Assembly (NCBI RefSeq): GCF_004010195.1
Contig: NC_057719.1
Coordinates: forward strand, 29,800,592-29,820,591
Source: Chiloscyllium plagiosum
Taxonomy: Eukaryota
Reading direction: 5' to 3'
DNA length: 20,000 nt
Shown: one piece after another, positions 9,563 to 19,624 of the stretch
How the letters are laid out: each line of letters opens with the position of its first letter
Position numbering within the stretch: the first letter of the stretch is position 1
The notes under the pieces: model-generated
The model's database searches: none
Seen by the model: only the letters and a program-made list of their open reading frames with translations
What the model was told of the DNA's origin: nothing
Made by a program: the position numbers and the translations under genes

Positions 9563-10791
9563 TGAATAATATACAAAAATTCAAGTGAGTAAGGGGGAAG
9601 AGCTAGATATGGTTGCCATCACCTAGGAGAAAGTGCTAGAAAAACTGATAGGATATGTGTGGATAAATCATATGGACTAGATGGACTACACCCCAGAGTT
9701 CTATGGGAGATAGCTAAAGACTTAGTAGTAGAAGCGTTAGTGATGATCTTTCAGGAATCATCAGAATCAGGAAGGATCCCAGTGAACTAGAAACTTGCTA
9801 ATGTGATACCCCTGTTTAAAAAATGAATATGTGGAAAATCACAGACAGATTAGCCTAACCTCAGTCATATATAAGATTGTGGAATCCATTGTGAAGGATG
9901 AGATTTCTGAATACTTCAAAGTATCTGGTAAAATAGGGCAAAGTCAGCATGATTACATCATGGGAGATCATGCCTGACAAATTGGCTAGAATTTTTTGAG
10001 GATGTAATGAGCAGATTAGACCAAGGAGAGCCAATGGATGTTATCTACTTGGACTTCAAGAAAGCCTTTGACAAGGTGCCACACAGAAGGCTATTGAGCA
10101 AGATAAGGGCCTATCATGTTAGACACAAGGTGCGAGCATGGACAGAAGCTTGGCTGTCTGACAGAGAGCAGAGAGTGGGGATAAAATGGTCCTTCTCAAG
10201 ATGTCAGCCAGTGACAAGTGATGTTCCACAAGACTCAGTGGAAGGACCACAACTTTTCACTTTATACATTAACAATCTAGATGACTGCAGTGAGTGAATT
10301 CTGGCTAAGTTTGCAGATTATGTAAAAATAGGTAGAGGAACAGGTAGCATTGAGGTGGAGAACCTGCAGAAATATTTGGACAGGTTAGGAGAGTGGACAA
10401 AGAAGTGGCAGATGGAGTACAAAGTGGGAAAGTGTGAGGTCATGCACGTTGGTCGGAAGAATAGAAGCCTAAACTATTTTCTAAATTGGGAGAAAATTCA
10501 GAAGTCTCAAGTGCAAAGAGGCTTGGGAGTTCTAGTCCAGGATTCTCTCAAGGTAAACTTGCAGGTTGAATCAGTAGTAAGGAAGGCAAATGCAATGATG
10601 GCATTTATTTTGAGAGAACTTGAATATAAAAGCAGGGATGTACTTCTGAGGCACTATAAGTGTCTGATGAGACCACATTTGGAGTATTGTGCACAGTTTT
10701 AGGCCCCCTATCTCAGGAAGGATGTACTGGCCTTGGAATGTATTCAGAGGAAGTTCACAAGAATGGTCCCAGGAATGAAAAGCTTAACATA

Positions 10792-11546
10792 TGTTATGAA
10801 GTTGAAGGCATGTACTGCACCTTTAAGAGAGAGTGAAAATTGTTTTGCACTCAGAGCTTGCAGGCACCTGTCATGTGACTGACTAGCAGTCTCAGAATGT
10901 ACTGGAAAATTGAAAATATGTAACATTTGGATGTGAAACAAACACCTGAGTTTTGGTTGCTATGTTGACAACCATTGAAATTTAACCAATCAGATTAAAT
11001 TATGCTCCAGGATACTAAAACCCTACTGATTTTGAATTTACTGTTTTGTCAACATTGAACCACTGAGATTATTTGATGTTTTGGGTATAAAGAAGCAGGC
11101 ATTTTGACAGTCAGCCAGAGAGCAACTGCCACTGAGAGACTGTGATTCAAAACACTTTCTATCAAAGATACCTTTTTCATGTGAAACATCTTTACAGCAA
11201 AAGATTGAAGATGACCCAGAAAGATCTGCAGCTGAAAGAAGACAGATACTGATGACAACAGGGTGGTTTTGAAATTATGTTGATGTAATTTTAATGCGGC
11301 TTTTATTGGAACAGTTCATTGTTATAGATTTGGAGATAGATAACAAACCTTTAAGAGAAAGGAGGCTTAGAGTTGGAAATAAGTGTTGTTTAATGTTCAC
11401 TTTTAGGATTAAAGAATAATTTTTTTCTTTAAATAGTGGAATTTGGGAGTTCTCTGTCACTCATACTTTAACAGATTATGAGGCAAAGTGAGCTTTTCTG
11501 GGTGTTTGGTTTAATTAGCAGAAGGGTTCACTGTCATGTTGTAACA
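10792..11546 (+). repeat. 5' LTR (subfamily B), 755 bp
   Basis: Starts TGTTATGAAG and ends TGTAACA. CCAAT at 10986-10990 and TATAAA at 11086-11091. Homologous to 17531-17731 (inverted) plus 17861-18411. Confidence 0.92.
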
Positions 11547-11549
11547 TTT

Positions 11550-11569
11550 TGGGGGCTCGGGTCTGTGAT
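11550..11569 (+). promoter_or_regulatory. Primer-binding site, tRNA-Pro type (degenerate)
   Basis: TGGGGGCTCG(GG)TCTGTGAT begins 3 nt after the LTR end. The first 10 nt match the canonical tRNA-Pro PBS TGGGGGCTCGTCCGGGAT. Confidence 0.8.
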
Positions 11570-11730
11570 TTTGACAGGTTTAGACAGATCCAGTCTGGAA
11601 TTATGGGGAGACAATGGTCTAGTGGTATTATTGTGAGACTGTTAATCCAAAGACTCCAGGTAATATTCTGGGGACTTGTGTTTGAATCTCACCACAGCAG
11701 ACTGTAAATTTTGATTGTCGGAAAAACCCA

Positions 11731-11954
11731 ATCCTGTGGCACTCCACAGGTCAGAGGCCTCCAGTCTGAAAAGCCTCCACCACCATCCTCTGTCTTGTAC
11801 CTTCAATCCATTTCTGTATCCATGCAATCTAACCTTGTTAACCTCTCCCATGGGGAACCTTGTCGAACGCCTTACAAGTCCATATGCATTATGTTCACCA
11901 GTCTGCCCTCATCAATCCTCTTTGTTACTTCTTCAAAAAACTTAATCACCTTCG
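11731..11954 (-). mobile_element. CR1 RT fragment (inverted 5' part of the CR1 at 12023-12316)
   Basis: The minus strand encodes decayed IKFFEEVTKRIDEGRLVNIMHMDL..FDKVP.G and ..VTSGVPQ motifs. Confidence 0.85.
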
Positions 11955-12022
11955 TCAACCACATTGCTGTGGGTGTGGAGTCACACATAGGCTAGACCAG
12001 GTAAGGATGGCAAATTCCTTTC

Positions 12023-12316
12023 CTAGAGGGCATAAATTTAGGGTGAGAGGGGAAAGATATAAAAGGGACGTAAGGGGCTACGTTTTCATGCAGAGGGTGG
12101 TGGTGTGTATGGAATGAGCTGCCAGATGAAGTGGTGGGGGTTGGTACAATTGCAACATTTAAAAGGTATCTGGATGGGTATATGAATAGGAAAGGTTTCA
12201 GGGATATGGGCCAGGTGCTGGCAGGTGGGACGAGATTAAGTTGGGGTATCTGGTCGGCATGGACGAGTTGGGCCGAAGGGTCTGCTTCTCTGCTGTACCT
12301 CTCTATGACTCTATGA
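12023..12316 (+). mobile_element. CR1 3' end with a (CTATGACT)n tail
   Basis: RGHKFRVRGERYKRDVRGYVFMQRVV, FKRYLDGYMN, the gggccgaagggtct hairpin and a ctctatgactctatga tail. Confidence 0.92.
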
Positions 12317-12557
12317 TTTTTAACTGCCCTCTGAGCAATTAGGGACTGGCAATTAATGCTGGCTTGGCCAGTGACACTCTCACCTTGTGAATGAACTTTT
12401 TAAAAATTGGACAGATTTGAATAGATTTTGGGGTACAAAAGATCCCAGCAGATTTAAACACTTGCCGATTAATGTCCTAGATCTTTAAATAAAATGTAAG
12501 TGAGATAATTTGTTTAATTTCGGTCACTTGTGGTTGGTTAAATTAAATGTGAGAGAA

Positions 12558-14172
12558 ATCGCTCTTAAGACTGCTGAAGAGGTTCTGGGATTTGAAGATG
12601 ATTCCCAAATTTGCCAAGAAAGTTTAGAAAGACAGAAGGAGGACATACTTTTAGAATTAGCAAATAGGCTATCAATTAGGTCTAACCAGGGACAATCGGA
12701 AAGCTGACATTGTAAGGGAGTTAGTCAAGCGCTTAGGTGTGTCAGAGAAACAGACAAGGGCAGTCGAGTTAGAAAAACATAAATTACAATTGTGAAAAAT
12801 GGAGTTAGAAGATAAAGAAAGGGAAAGAAGATCCATGAGAGAGGAAAAAGAAAGAGAGAGATGGTTCTTAGCTGAGCAAAGAGAGAGAGAGAGAGGAGAA
12901 AAGGAGAGAGAAAGAGAGAGAAAAGAACGAGAAAAGGAGAGAGAACTTGAACTTCAGAAGTTGTGACTTAGAGTCATCGAGTCATAGAGATGTACAGCAT
13001 GAAAACAGACCCTTCGGTCCAACCCGTCCATGCCGACCAGATATCCCAACCCAATCTAGTCCCACCTGCCAGCACCCGGCCCATATCCCTCCAAACCCTT
13101 CCTATTCATATACCCATCCAAATGCCTTTTAAATGTTGCATTGTATCTGCCTCCACCACATCCTCTGGCAGCTCATTCCATACACCTACCACCCTCTGCG
13201 TAAAAAAGTTGCCCCTTAGATCTCTTTTATATCTTTCCCCTCTCACTCTAAACCTATGCCCTCTAGTTCTGGACTCCCCAACCCCAGGGAAAAGACTTTG
13301 TTTATTTATCCTAACCATGCCACTCATAATTTTGTAAACCTCTAAAAGGTCACCCTTCAGCCTCTGACGCTCCAGGGAAAACAGCCCCAGCTAGTCAGGA
13401 AAGTCAACTTAACAGGATGGTGGGGAAGAGAGAAGGTAGTGATATATATAAATATGATAAAACACTGCCACATTTTGATGAAAAAGATGTTGAAGCCTTC
13501 TTTATTTCATTTGGAAAATTGGCTTGGCAGATAGAGCGGTCAGAGAACTTGTGTTAGTTTAGAATAAGTTGGTAGGCAAAGCTAGTGAGGTATTTGCAGT
13601 ACTGTCAGATGAGGGGTCAAGAGATTGTTATTTTTAGTGCTTTCGAATTGGTACCAGGAGCAAATATGCAGCACTTCAAAAACATAAAGAAGGAAGCAGG
13701 TCAGACTTACGTTGAGTTCTGAAGAATTAAACATAGTAATTTTGATAGACGGGTGCAGGCCTTAAAAATAGATAAGACCTATGAGGCTCTAAAAGAGATT
13801 ATTCTGCTGGAGGGGTTTAAAAACTCACTTCCAGAGATGATGAGAATTCATGTGGATAAACAGAAAGTTCAAGAAGTGAGAAGAGCAGCAGAGATGGCAG
13901 ATGAATATGCATTTGTGTACAAGGCAAAGTTTAGCTTCTGGCAAGAATTGTATCCTATGAGGGATAGAAATTGGGAGAAGGGGAGATCCTACACTACAAA
14001 ACAAAGGATAAAGACTACTAGTGATAGTTTACCACAGATTAAAAAAGCAGCCCAAGAGGGTGAAAAGGAGATGAAAGGCCTCACTTGTTTCCACTGTGGT
14101 AAACTGGGACATGTAAAGTCACAGTGCTGGTCAGTAAAGAAAGGCACTGTGGAAAAGATGTGGAGACAATAA
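12558..14172 (+). pseudogene. gag: gag pseudogene of the Gmr1-like element (coiled coil, SCAN-like capsid domain, CCHC zinc knuckle)
   Basis: ALKTAEEVLG...DILLELANRL, an E/R/K-rich coil, LPHFDEKDVEAFFISF, LKEIILLEGFKNSLPEMMRIHV...AAEMADEY, and CFHCGKLGHVKSQC (14086-14127). Interrupted by a CR1 at 12969-13391. Confidence 0.88.
12969..13391 (-). mobile_element. CR1 3' fragment with a (CTATGACT)n tail, inserted in gag
   Basis: ORF 13106-13327 LFPGVGESRTRGHRFRVRGERYKRDLRGNFFTQRVV. Tail reads agagtcatcgagtcatagag on the plus strand. Confidence 0.93.
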
Positions 14173-15320
14173 AAGATATGTTGATGCATACACAGAAAAG
14201 GAGTCAGAGAATATTCCTGAGGGTTATTATCTGAAAGATAGAACTCTAAGATGAAAATGGAGACCATGGCAGGTTAGTGCAGAGAAGAAATGGGCAGAAG
14301 TGCACCAGATTGTGTTGCAGGTAGCATGCAGACAGGAAATGTAACAGGTAGCACATGAATTACCAGTCAGAGGTCTCCTAGTTGTAAGGAAGACTCAAGC
14401 TAAGGTACAAAAGCATTTCTATTGGTCTGGACTGCATAAGGATGTGGTTAACTTTTGCCATACATTGTCATTCATGCTAAATGGTAGGTAAGCCACAGGC
14501 AGTCCTAGAACCAGCACTTTTGTTGCCAATTCCCACATTCAAAGAACCTTTCAAGCGGGTTATAATTGACTGTGTAGGTCCTGGCCCAAAATCTAAAAGT
14601 GGGAACCAAAACTTGCTAACCGTAACGAATATCTACCAGATTTCTGAAGGCAATTCCATTACTGAGTATTAAGTCAAAAAGAGTGGTAGAGAAGAGTTAA
14701 TAGCATTCTTAATGCGGCATGGACTACCCAGAGAGATTCAGACCATGTGTCTGTTTTTATTGTTAGGCTGTTTAAGGATGTCATGGATATCTTAGGCATA
14801 TAGCACTTTAAATCAATGGTGTATCATCCAGAATCCCAAGGAGTTTTGGAAAGCTGACATCAGATTCTGAAGACCATGTTAAGAGCATACTTTCAAGATT
14901 ACTCGAATGACTGGGATAAAGATATCCCATTCATATTGTTTGCCATTAGAGATGCCCCAAATGAATCTACTCAGTTTACTCCCTTTGAGTTAATATTCGG
15001 ACATGAAGTAAGAGGGCCTTTGAAATTCATTGAAGATAAATTGACAGGTCCAAAGTCAGAGATCTCACACTTGCTTATGTATCGGAGGTGAGGGAGAGAT
15101 TAAATTGGGTAAGTGAGTTAAACAGCACCTGAAGTGGGCACAGCATAGAATGAAGTAGGTGGCAGACAAAAACTCTGGAATTCAGACATTTTCCCATGGG
15201 AGGATGTCATATTATATTCTTACCAATGATAGGAGATCCCTTCAAAGCCAGGTTTAGTGGTCCCTATCAAATTGAGAAAAACTTGAGTCAGGTAAACTAT
15301 CTGGTAAAATTGCCTGACAT
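14173..15320 (+). pseudogene. Integrase pseudogene (zinc finger, DDE core, GPY/F) located upstream of RT
   Basis: QVAHELP...[83 protein letters not shown]. Confidence 0.92.
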
Positions 15321-15329
15321 CGATAAAGA

Positions 15330-17209
15330 TAGCATCGAACTGGTTCAGAGCAAGTGGAGTTCGCCAATTGTGTTAGTTCCCAAACCTGACTGGACTCAAC
15401 GATTTTGTGTGGACTATCAGAAGGTCAATGCAAATACCAAGATTGGAGGACTGTATAGAGAAAGTTGGACAGGCCAATTACATCACAAAGGTGGACTTAC
15501 TGTGTGGTCATTGGCAGGTAATTTTATCAGAGAAAGCAAAAGAAGTTTCTGCGTTTGTAACCCCAAATGGTCTATATCAATTCAAAGTGATGCCGTTTGG
15601 AATAAAGAATGCACCAGCCACATTCCAAAGACTCATGAACAGAGGTATGGCTGAGTTAACAAACTGTGCAGTCTATGTGGATGATGTAGTGATCTTTAGT
15701 GAGTCATGGAAACATCACATGGTACAATTGGCAGTGATGTTTGAATAATTAAGAGAAGCAAAACTAGTAAAAAACTTAAAGAAAACAGAATTCACGAAGG
15801 CAGAGGTGATGTTCTTGGGATATAACATCGGTCATGGAAGGTTGAAGGTCATAGAAGGAACGCAAAGATGAAGGCCATCGAGGAATTTCCATGATCAATC
15901 TTGAAGAAAGAGGTGCTTCAATTTTTGGGACTAAGTGGATTCTAATGAAAGTTTGTTCCAAACTTCAACAGCATGGTGGCACCACTAACAGATTTACTGA
16001 AGAAGAACACAAATCTTTGGTGGACAGAACAATATCAGGAGGCATTTGACAATTTAAAAACAATATGAACAACCACCCCAGTTTTAGCTACATCAATTTT
16101 TTGAAATGCTTTAAAGTTGCAATCAATGCTTGTGAGAGAGGCGTTGGATGTGTACTGCTACAGTCAGATTATGATGGAATTGAATGGAGAGTTGGTTACT
16201 TTTCAAAGAAACTCAACACCCTCCAGAGAAAATAACTCTACCATTGAAAAGGAAATATTGAGTTTGGTACTGGCCTTACAACATTTTCATGTTTATGTGT
16301 TATGATATGGGGTAAACCCCTCTGCTAATTTAAACCAACAACACAGAAAAGATTCACCCCGTACTGTAATCTGTTAAAATTCAAGAGGTAAAGAACTATC
16401 CCAAAATTCACTATTGAAAGTAAAAATTAACAATTTTATTTCTTTATATCTAACAGAGAATATTAACTAACAACTATTTACAATTCTTTTCTCTTAACCC
16501 TATCTTTTACCTCCCCCTCTACAATGCTGGTCTGATTTTTTAAAAAAATCCTGATTCCGATTTACAAAAGAAAATTAATCACGTTTCATAACCAGCCAGC
16601 TTCGCTGAGTTTCCTCTGTAGATTTTTCTCTGTAGATTCTCTCTCCAAGTCAGTTTCTATGTTCTGCTGTACAAACTTCTTTAACAGACAGGTACTTTTA
16701 TGAGCGCTCTTAAACTAGCAGCTGACCTCTGTTGGTCTTTTGATAGTTCTCTCTCAACTGTTCAAACATATTCAGTTTTATACCCCCAAAACATTGGATT
16801 TTTTCATTGTTTTTAATATTATCAAACCATTAAATTCAAACTTGATTGGAGTTTGGGATATTTGGTCATAATTTAAACTGATTGGCCAAATTTGAATTTG
16901 TTTTTGTCTCATGGCAACGTAGCTACATTGTTACCTTGTTCTGGACTCTGTGTGCTTCTCTAAGTCTTTGCTAGCTTTTCAACTCTCTTAAGGGTACTGT
17001 ACCCCTACACCTTCATAACATATGTGATGAACATTGTGTCGGAGACAGTTGTGTACACAGATCACAATGCTTTTACATTCTTGGAATGATTTAAAGGCAA
17101 GTATATGAGACTATTTCATTGGAGTCTTATGTTATAGAGTTTTAATTTACAAATTATGCATGTTTCAGGTCATAAGAATGTGATAGCAGATGCATTATCG
17201 TGGATTTAA
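15330..17209 (+). pseudogene. pol: Reverse transcriptase and RNase H pseudogene, split by a solo LTR
   Basis: [14 protein letters not shown]...[58 protein letters not shown]...VYTDHN...SGHKNVIADALSWI* (stop at 17207-17209). Confidence 0.93.
16298..17020 (-). mobile_element. Solo LTR (subfamily A), antisense, inserted in RNase H
   Basis: TGTTATGA...TCATAACA termini. Perfect 4-bp TSD tatg (16294-16297 and 17021-17024). Reverse complement is homologous to 8867-9562. Confidence 0.9.
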
Positions 17210-17381
17210 TGGTAAAATATAGATAAGATTGAACAGATACCAATGTTATATATATATATGTGTGGAAATTAATATGAACTTAGATTAATGTCCTATGTAT
17301 TTCTTTGTAATGGGGTCAAGAATTAGAAAAATATAAAGCCATCTTTTCATTATGATGGTTCATTTTTTCTGAGAGGTATAT

Positions 17382-17530
17382 AGGTATCTGGATGGGTATA
17401 TGAATAGGAAGGGTTTAGAGGGATATGGCCAAGTGCTGGCAAATGGAACTAGATTAGGTTAGGATAACTGGGTGGCATGGACGAGTTGGACCAAAGGCAC
17501 TGTTTCTGTATTGTACATCTCTACGACTCT
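17382..17530 (+). mobile_element. CR1 3'-end fragment with a (CTATGACT)-type tail
   Basis: aggtatctggatgggtatatgaatagg...tggcatggacgagttggaccaaagg...ctctacgactct, homologous to about 12164-12311. Confidence 0.9.
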
Positions 17531-17860
17531 CTGATTGGTTAAATTCGAATGGTTGTCAACATAGCAACCAAAACTCAGGTACTTGTTTCACAGCTAAATG
17601 TTACATATTTTCAATTTTCCAATACACTCTGAGACTGCTAGTCAGTCACATCACAGGTGCCTGCAAGCTCTCAGTGCAAAACAGCTTTCACTCTCTCTTA
17701 AAGGTATAGTATACACCTTCAACTTCATAACCACCTTGCCCCTGAAGAAAAAACCATCATAATGAAAAGGTGGGTTCATTTTTTTTTCTAATTCTTATCC
17801 CCATTATAGTGAAATGCATAGGACATTAAGCTAAGTTCATATTAATTTCTGCACATATAT
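17531..17860 (-). repeat. Inverted block: first ~200 bp of the 3' LTR, polypurine tract, and a second copy of the 3' UTR
   Basis: 17531-17731 is the reverse complement of 10793-10993. 17732-17745 reads tcaggggcaaggtg on the minus strand (PPT-like). 17746-17860 is an inverted copy of about 17254-17370. Confidence 0.9.
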
Positions 17861-18411
17861 CAGTTTATGCTCCAGGATATTAAACCCAATCCATTTTGAA
17901 TTCACTGTTTTGCTAACATCGAACTAATGAGATGATCCGATATTTGGGGTATAAAGAATCAGGTATTTTGAGAGTTAGTCAGAAAGTAACTGCCATTGAG
18001 AGACTGCCACTCAAAACACTTTCTATCAAAGGTACCTTTTCCATATGAAACATCTTTGCAGCAAAAGACCGAAGATGACCCAGGTAACTGAAAGAAGACA
18101 AACATTGACAACAACATCAGCTGGCTGATTTTGAAATTCAGTTGATATAATTTTAATACAGGCTTTTATTGGAATAGAACACTGTTATAGAGTTAGAGAT
18201 AGATAACAAATCTTTAAGAGAAAGGAGGCTTAGAGTTGTAAATAATAGTTGTTTAATGTTCACATTTAGGATTAAAGAATAAATTGATACTTTTTCTTTA
18301 AATAGTGGAATTTGAGAGTTCTGTCACTCATACTTTAACAGATTACAAGGGGAGGTGAGCCCTTCTGGGTGTTTGGTTTCATTAGCTGAAGGATTCATCA
18401 CTGTTGTAACA
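17861..18411 (+). repeat. Remainder of the 3' LTR
   Basis: Collinear with about 11000-11546. TATAAA at 17950-17955, AATAAA at 18278-18283, ends TGTAACA. Confidence 0.92.
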
Positions 18412-19057
18412 CATGTGAAAACTCCAGGTCTTATACTCAATGAAGTTTAGAAGGATGAGGGCAGATCTAATTGAAACATACAGAATACTGAATGGCTTGA
18501 ACAGAGTTGATGTTGGGAAGATGTTTCCATTAGTAGGGAAGACTAGTACCCAAGGGCACAGCCTTAGAATAATGAGATGATCTTTCAGAATGGAGATAAG
18601 GAGAAACGTCTTCAGCCAGAGAGTGGAGAATCTATGGAATTCATTGTCACAGAAGGATATGGAGGCCAAGTCGTTGAGTATATTTTAGACTGAAATAGAC
18701 AGGGTCTTGAGTATCAAGGGGATTAAGGATTATGGGGAGAAAGCAGGAGAATGAGGTTGAGAAACCTATCAGCCATGATTGAATGGCAGGGCAAACTTGA
18801 TGGGCTGAATGGCCTAATTTCTGCTCCTATGTCTTATGGTCTTAGGCCAGCCTAGTTCAAGATTGCTACTTGGATTAAACCACTCTCGTTTGTAAAGAAT
18901 GCCCTGGACTGTAGGAAGAAGACAAATGACTTTTTCCACTTTGCCAGCATTTTCTCTAAGATACCTCAAACTTATTCTATCTGTGACACTATACCCACCC
19001 TCCACCAAGGCTTATGCTCTCCCTATCTCACTTCTGACCTCATTCACCCACCACCAT

Positions 19058-19464
19058 CACTTGATTGGCACTGCATATACAAACATTCACTTGTTCCACC
19101 ATTGATATTGTGTACCATCTACAAGACATACTGCAAAATTTACCAAGTTTCGTTGGACAGCATCTTTCAAACCCACAACCACTAACATCTGGAGCAATAG
19201 GCATCAAATACATGGGGAGTAGCACCACTTGCAAGTTCTCAGCTAAGCCATTCACCATCCTGGCTTGAAAATATATCATCATTCCTTCAGTGTTGCTGGG
19301 TCAAAGTCCTGTTACTGCCTCCCTAATGGCATTGTGGTTGTACCTACAGCAAATGGACTGCAGTGGTTCAAGAAAGCACCTCACCACCACCTTAGTGAAG
19401 GCAGCTAGAGATGGGAAATAAATATTGGCCCAGACAACAATGCCCACATCCCATTAATTGAAAA
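19058..19464 (+). mobile_element. 3' end of an old CR1/L2-group LINE whose tail is shared with the SacSINE1-like SINE
   Basis: Decayed ORF2 C-terminus (NIHLFHH...LPNGIVVVPTANGLQWFKKAPHHHL) followed by ggcagctagagatgggaaataaatattggcc...gcccacatcccattaattgaa. Confidence 0.7.
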
Positions 19465-19624
19465 CTAACTCTCATCTCTTTGTGTTGCCTAATAATTGAC
19501 TCTGGACACCTCCCACCTACACCAACAGTAACAGCTATACCACACAAATTTATCTTTCTTTAATACTTGCCTCTTTCTCAGTCCAAGAAAAATTGGCTAC
19601 AACAAGGTAGAAAAACTGAAGAAG

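Larger units (their letters stand above)
11605..12405 (+). mobile_element. tRNA-headed DeuSINE (SacSINE1-like) in three pieces: 11605-11730 (+), 11954-12028 (inverted), 12317-12405 (+)
   Basis: A box tggtctagtgg (11615-11625) and decayed B box (11679-11690). The central ccatccttacctggtctagcctatgtgtgactcca...gcaatgtggttgac segment lies on the minus strand. The tail gcaattaggga...gaatgaa resembles the LINE end at about 19400-19464. Family name from recall. Confidence 0.75.
10792..18411 (+). mobile_element. Gmr1-like Ty3/Gypsy LTR retrotransposon (gag-INT-RT-RH), decayed, with a rearranged 3' LTR
   Basis: TGTTA...TAACA termini, 4-bp TSD cata (10788-10791) / catg (18412-18415), PBS, gag with CCHC knuckle, integrase upstream of RT, and pol ending at ADALS-WI*. 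Confidence 0.93.
7680..18844 (+). mobile_element. CR1 LINE ORF2 (APE endonuclease to RT to 3' UTR) in four pieces: 7680-8636, 8763-8866, 9563-10791, 18412-18844
   Basis: [75 protein letters not shown] (catalytic D to Y at about 10319), MRPHLEYCAQF, FRRMRADLIETYRIL, and a tatgtcttatggtctt tail. The sequence is contiguous across each insert once TSDs are removed. Confidence 0.92.

Noticed and set aside
12800..12950. Purine-rich (GA)n tract as an independent microsatellite or regulatory element
   Set aside because: It encodes the E/R/K coiled coil of gag.
18845..19057. Unassigned sequence as a continuation of the ancient CR1 ORF1 or a host exon
   Set aside because: No convincing motif, splice pair or alignment could be made by eye.
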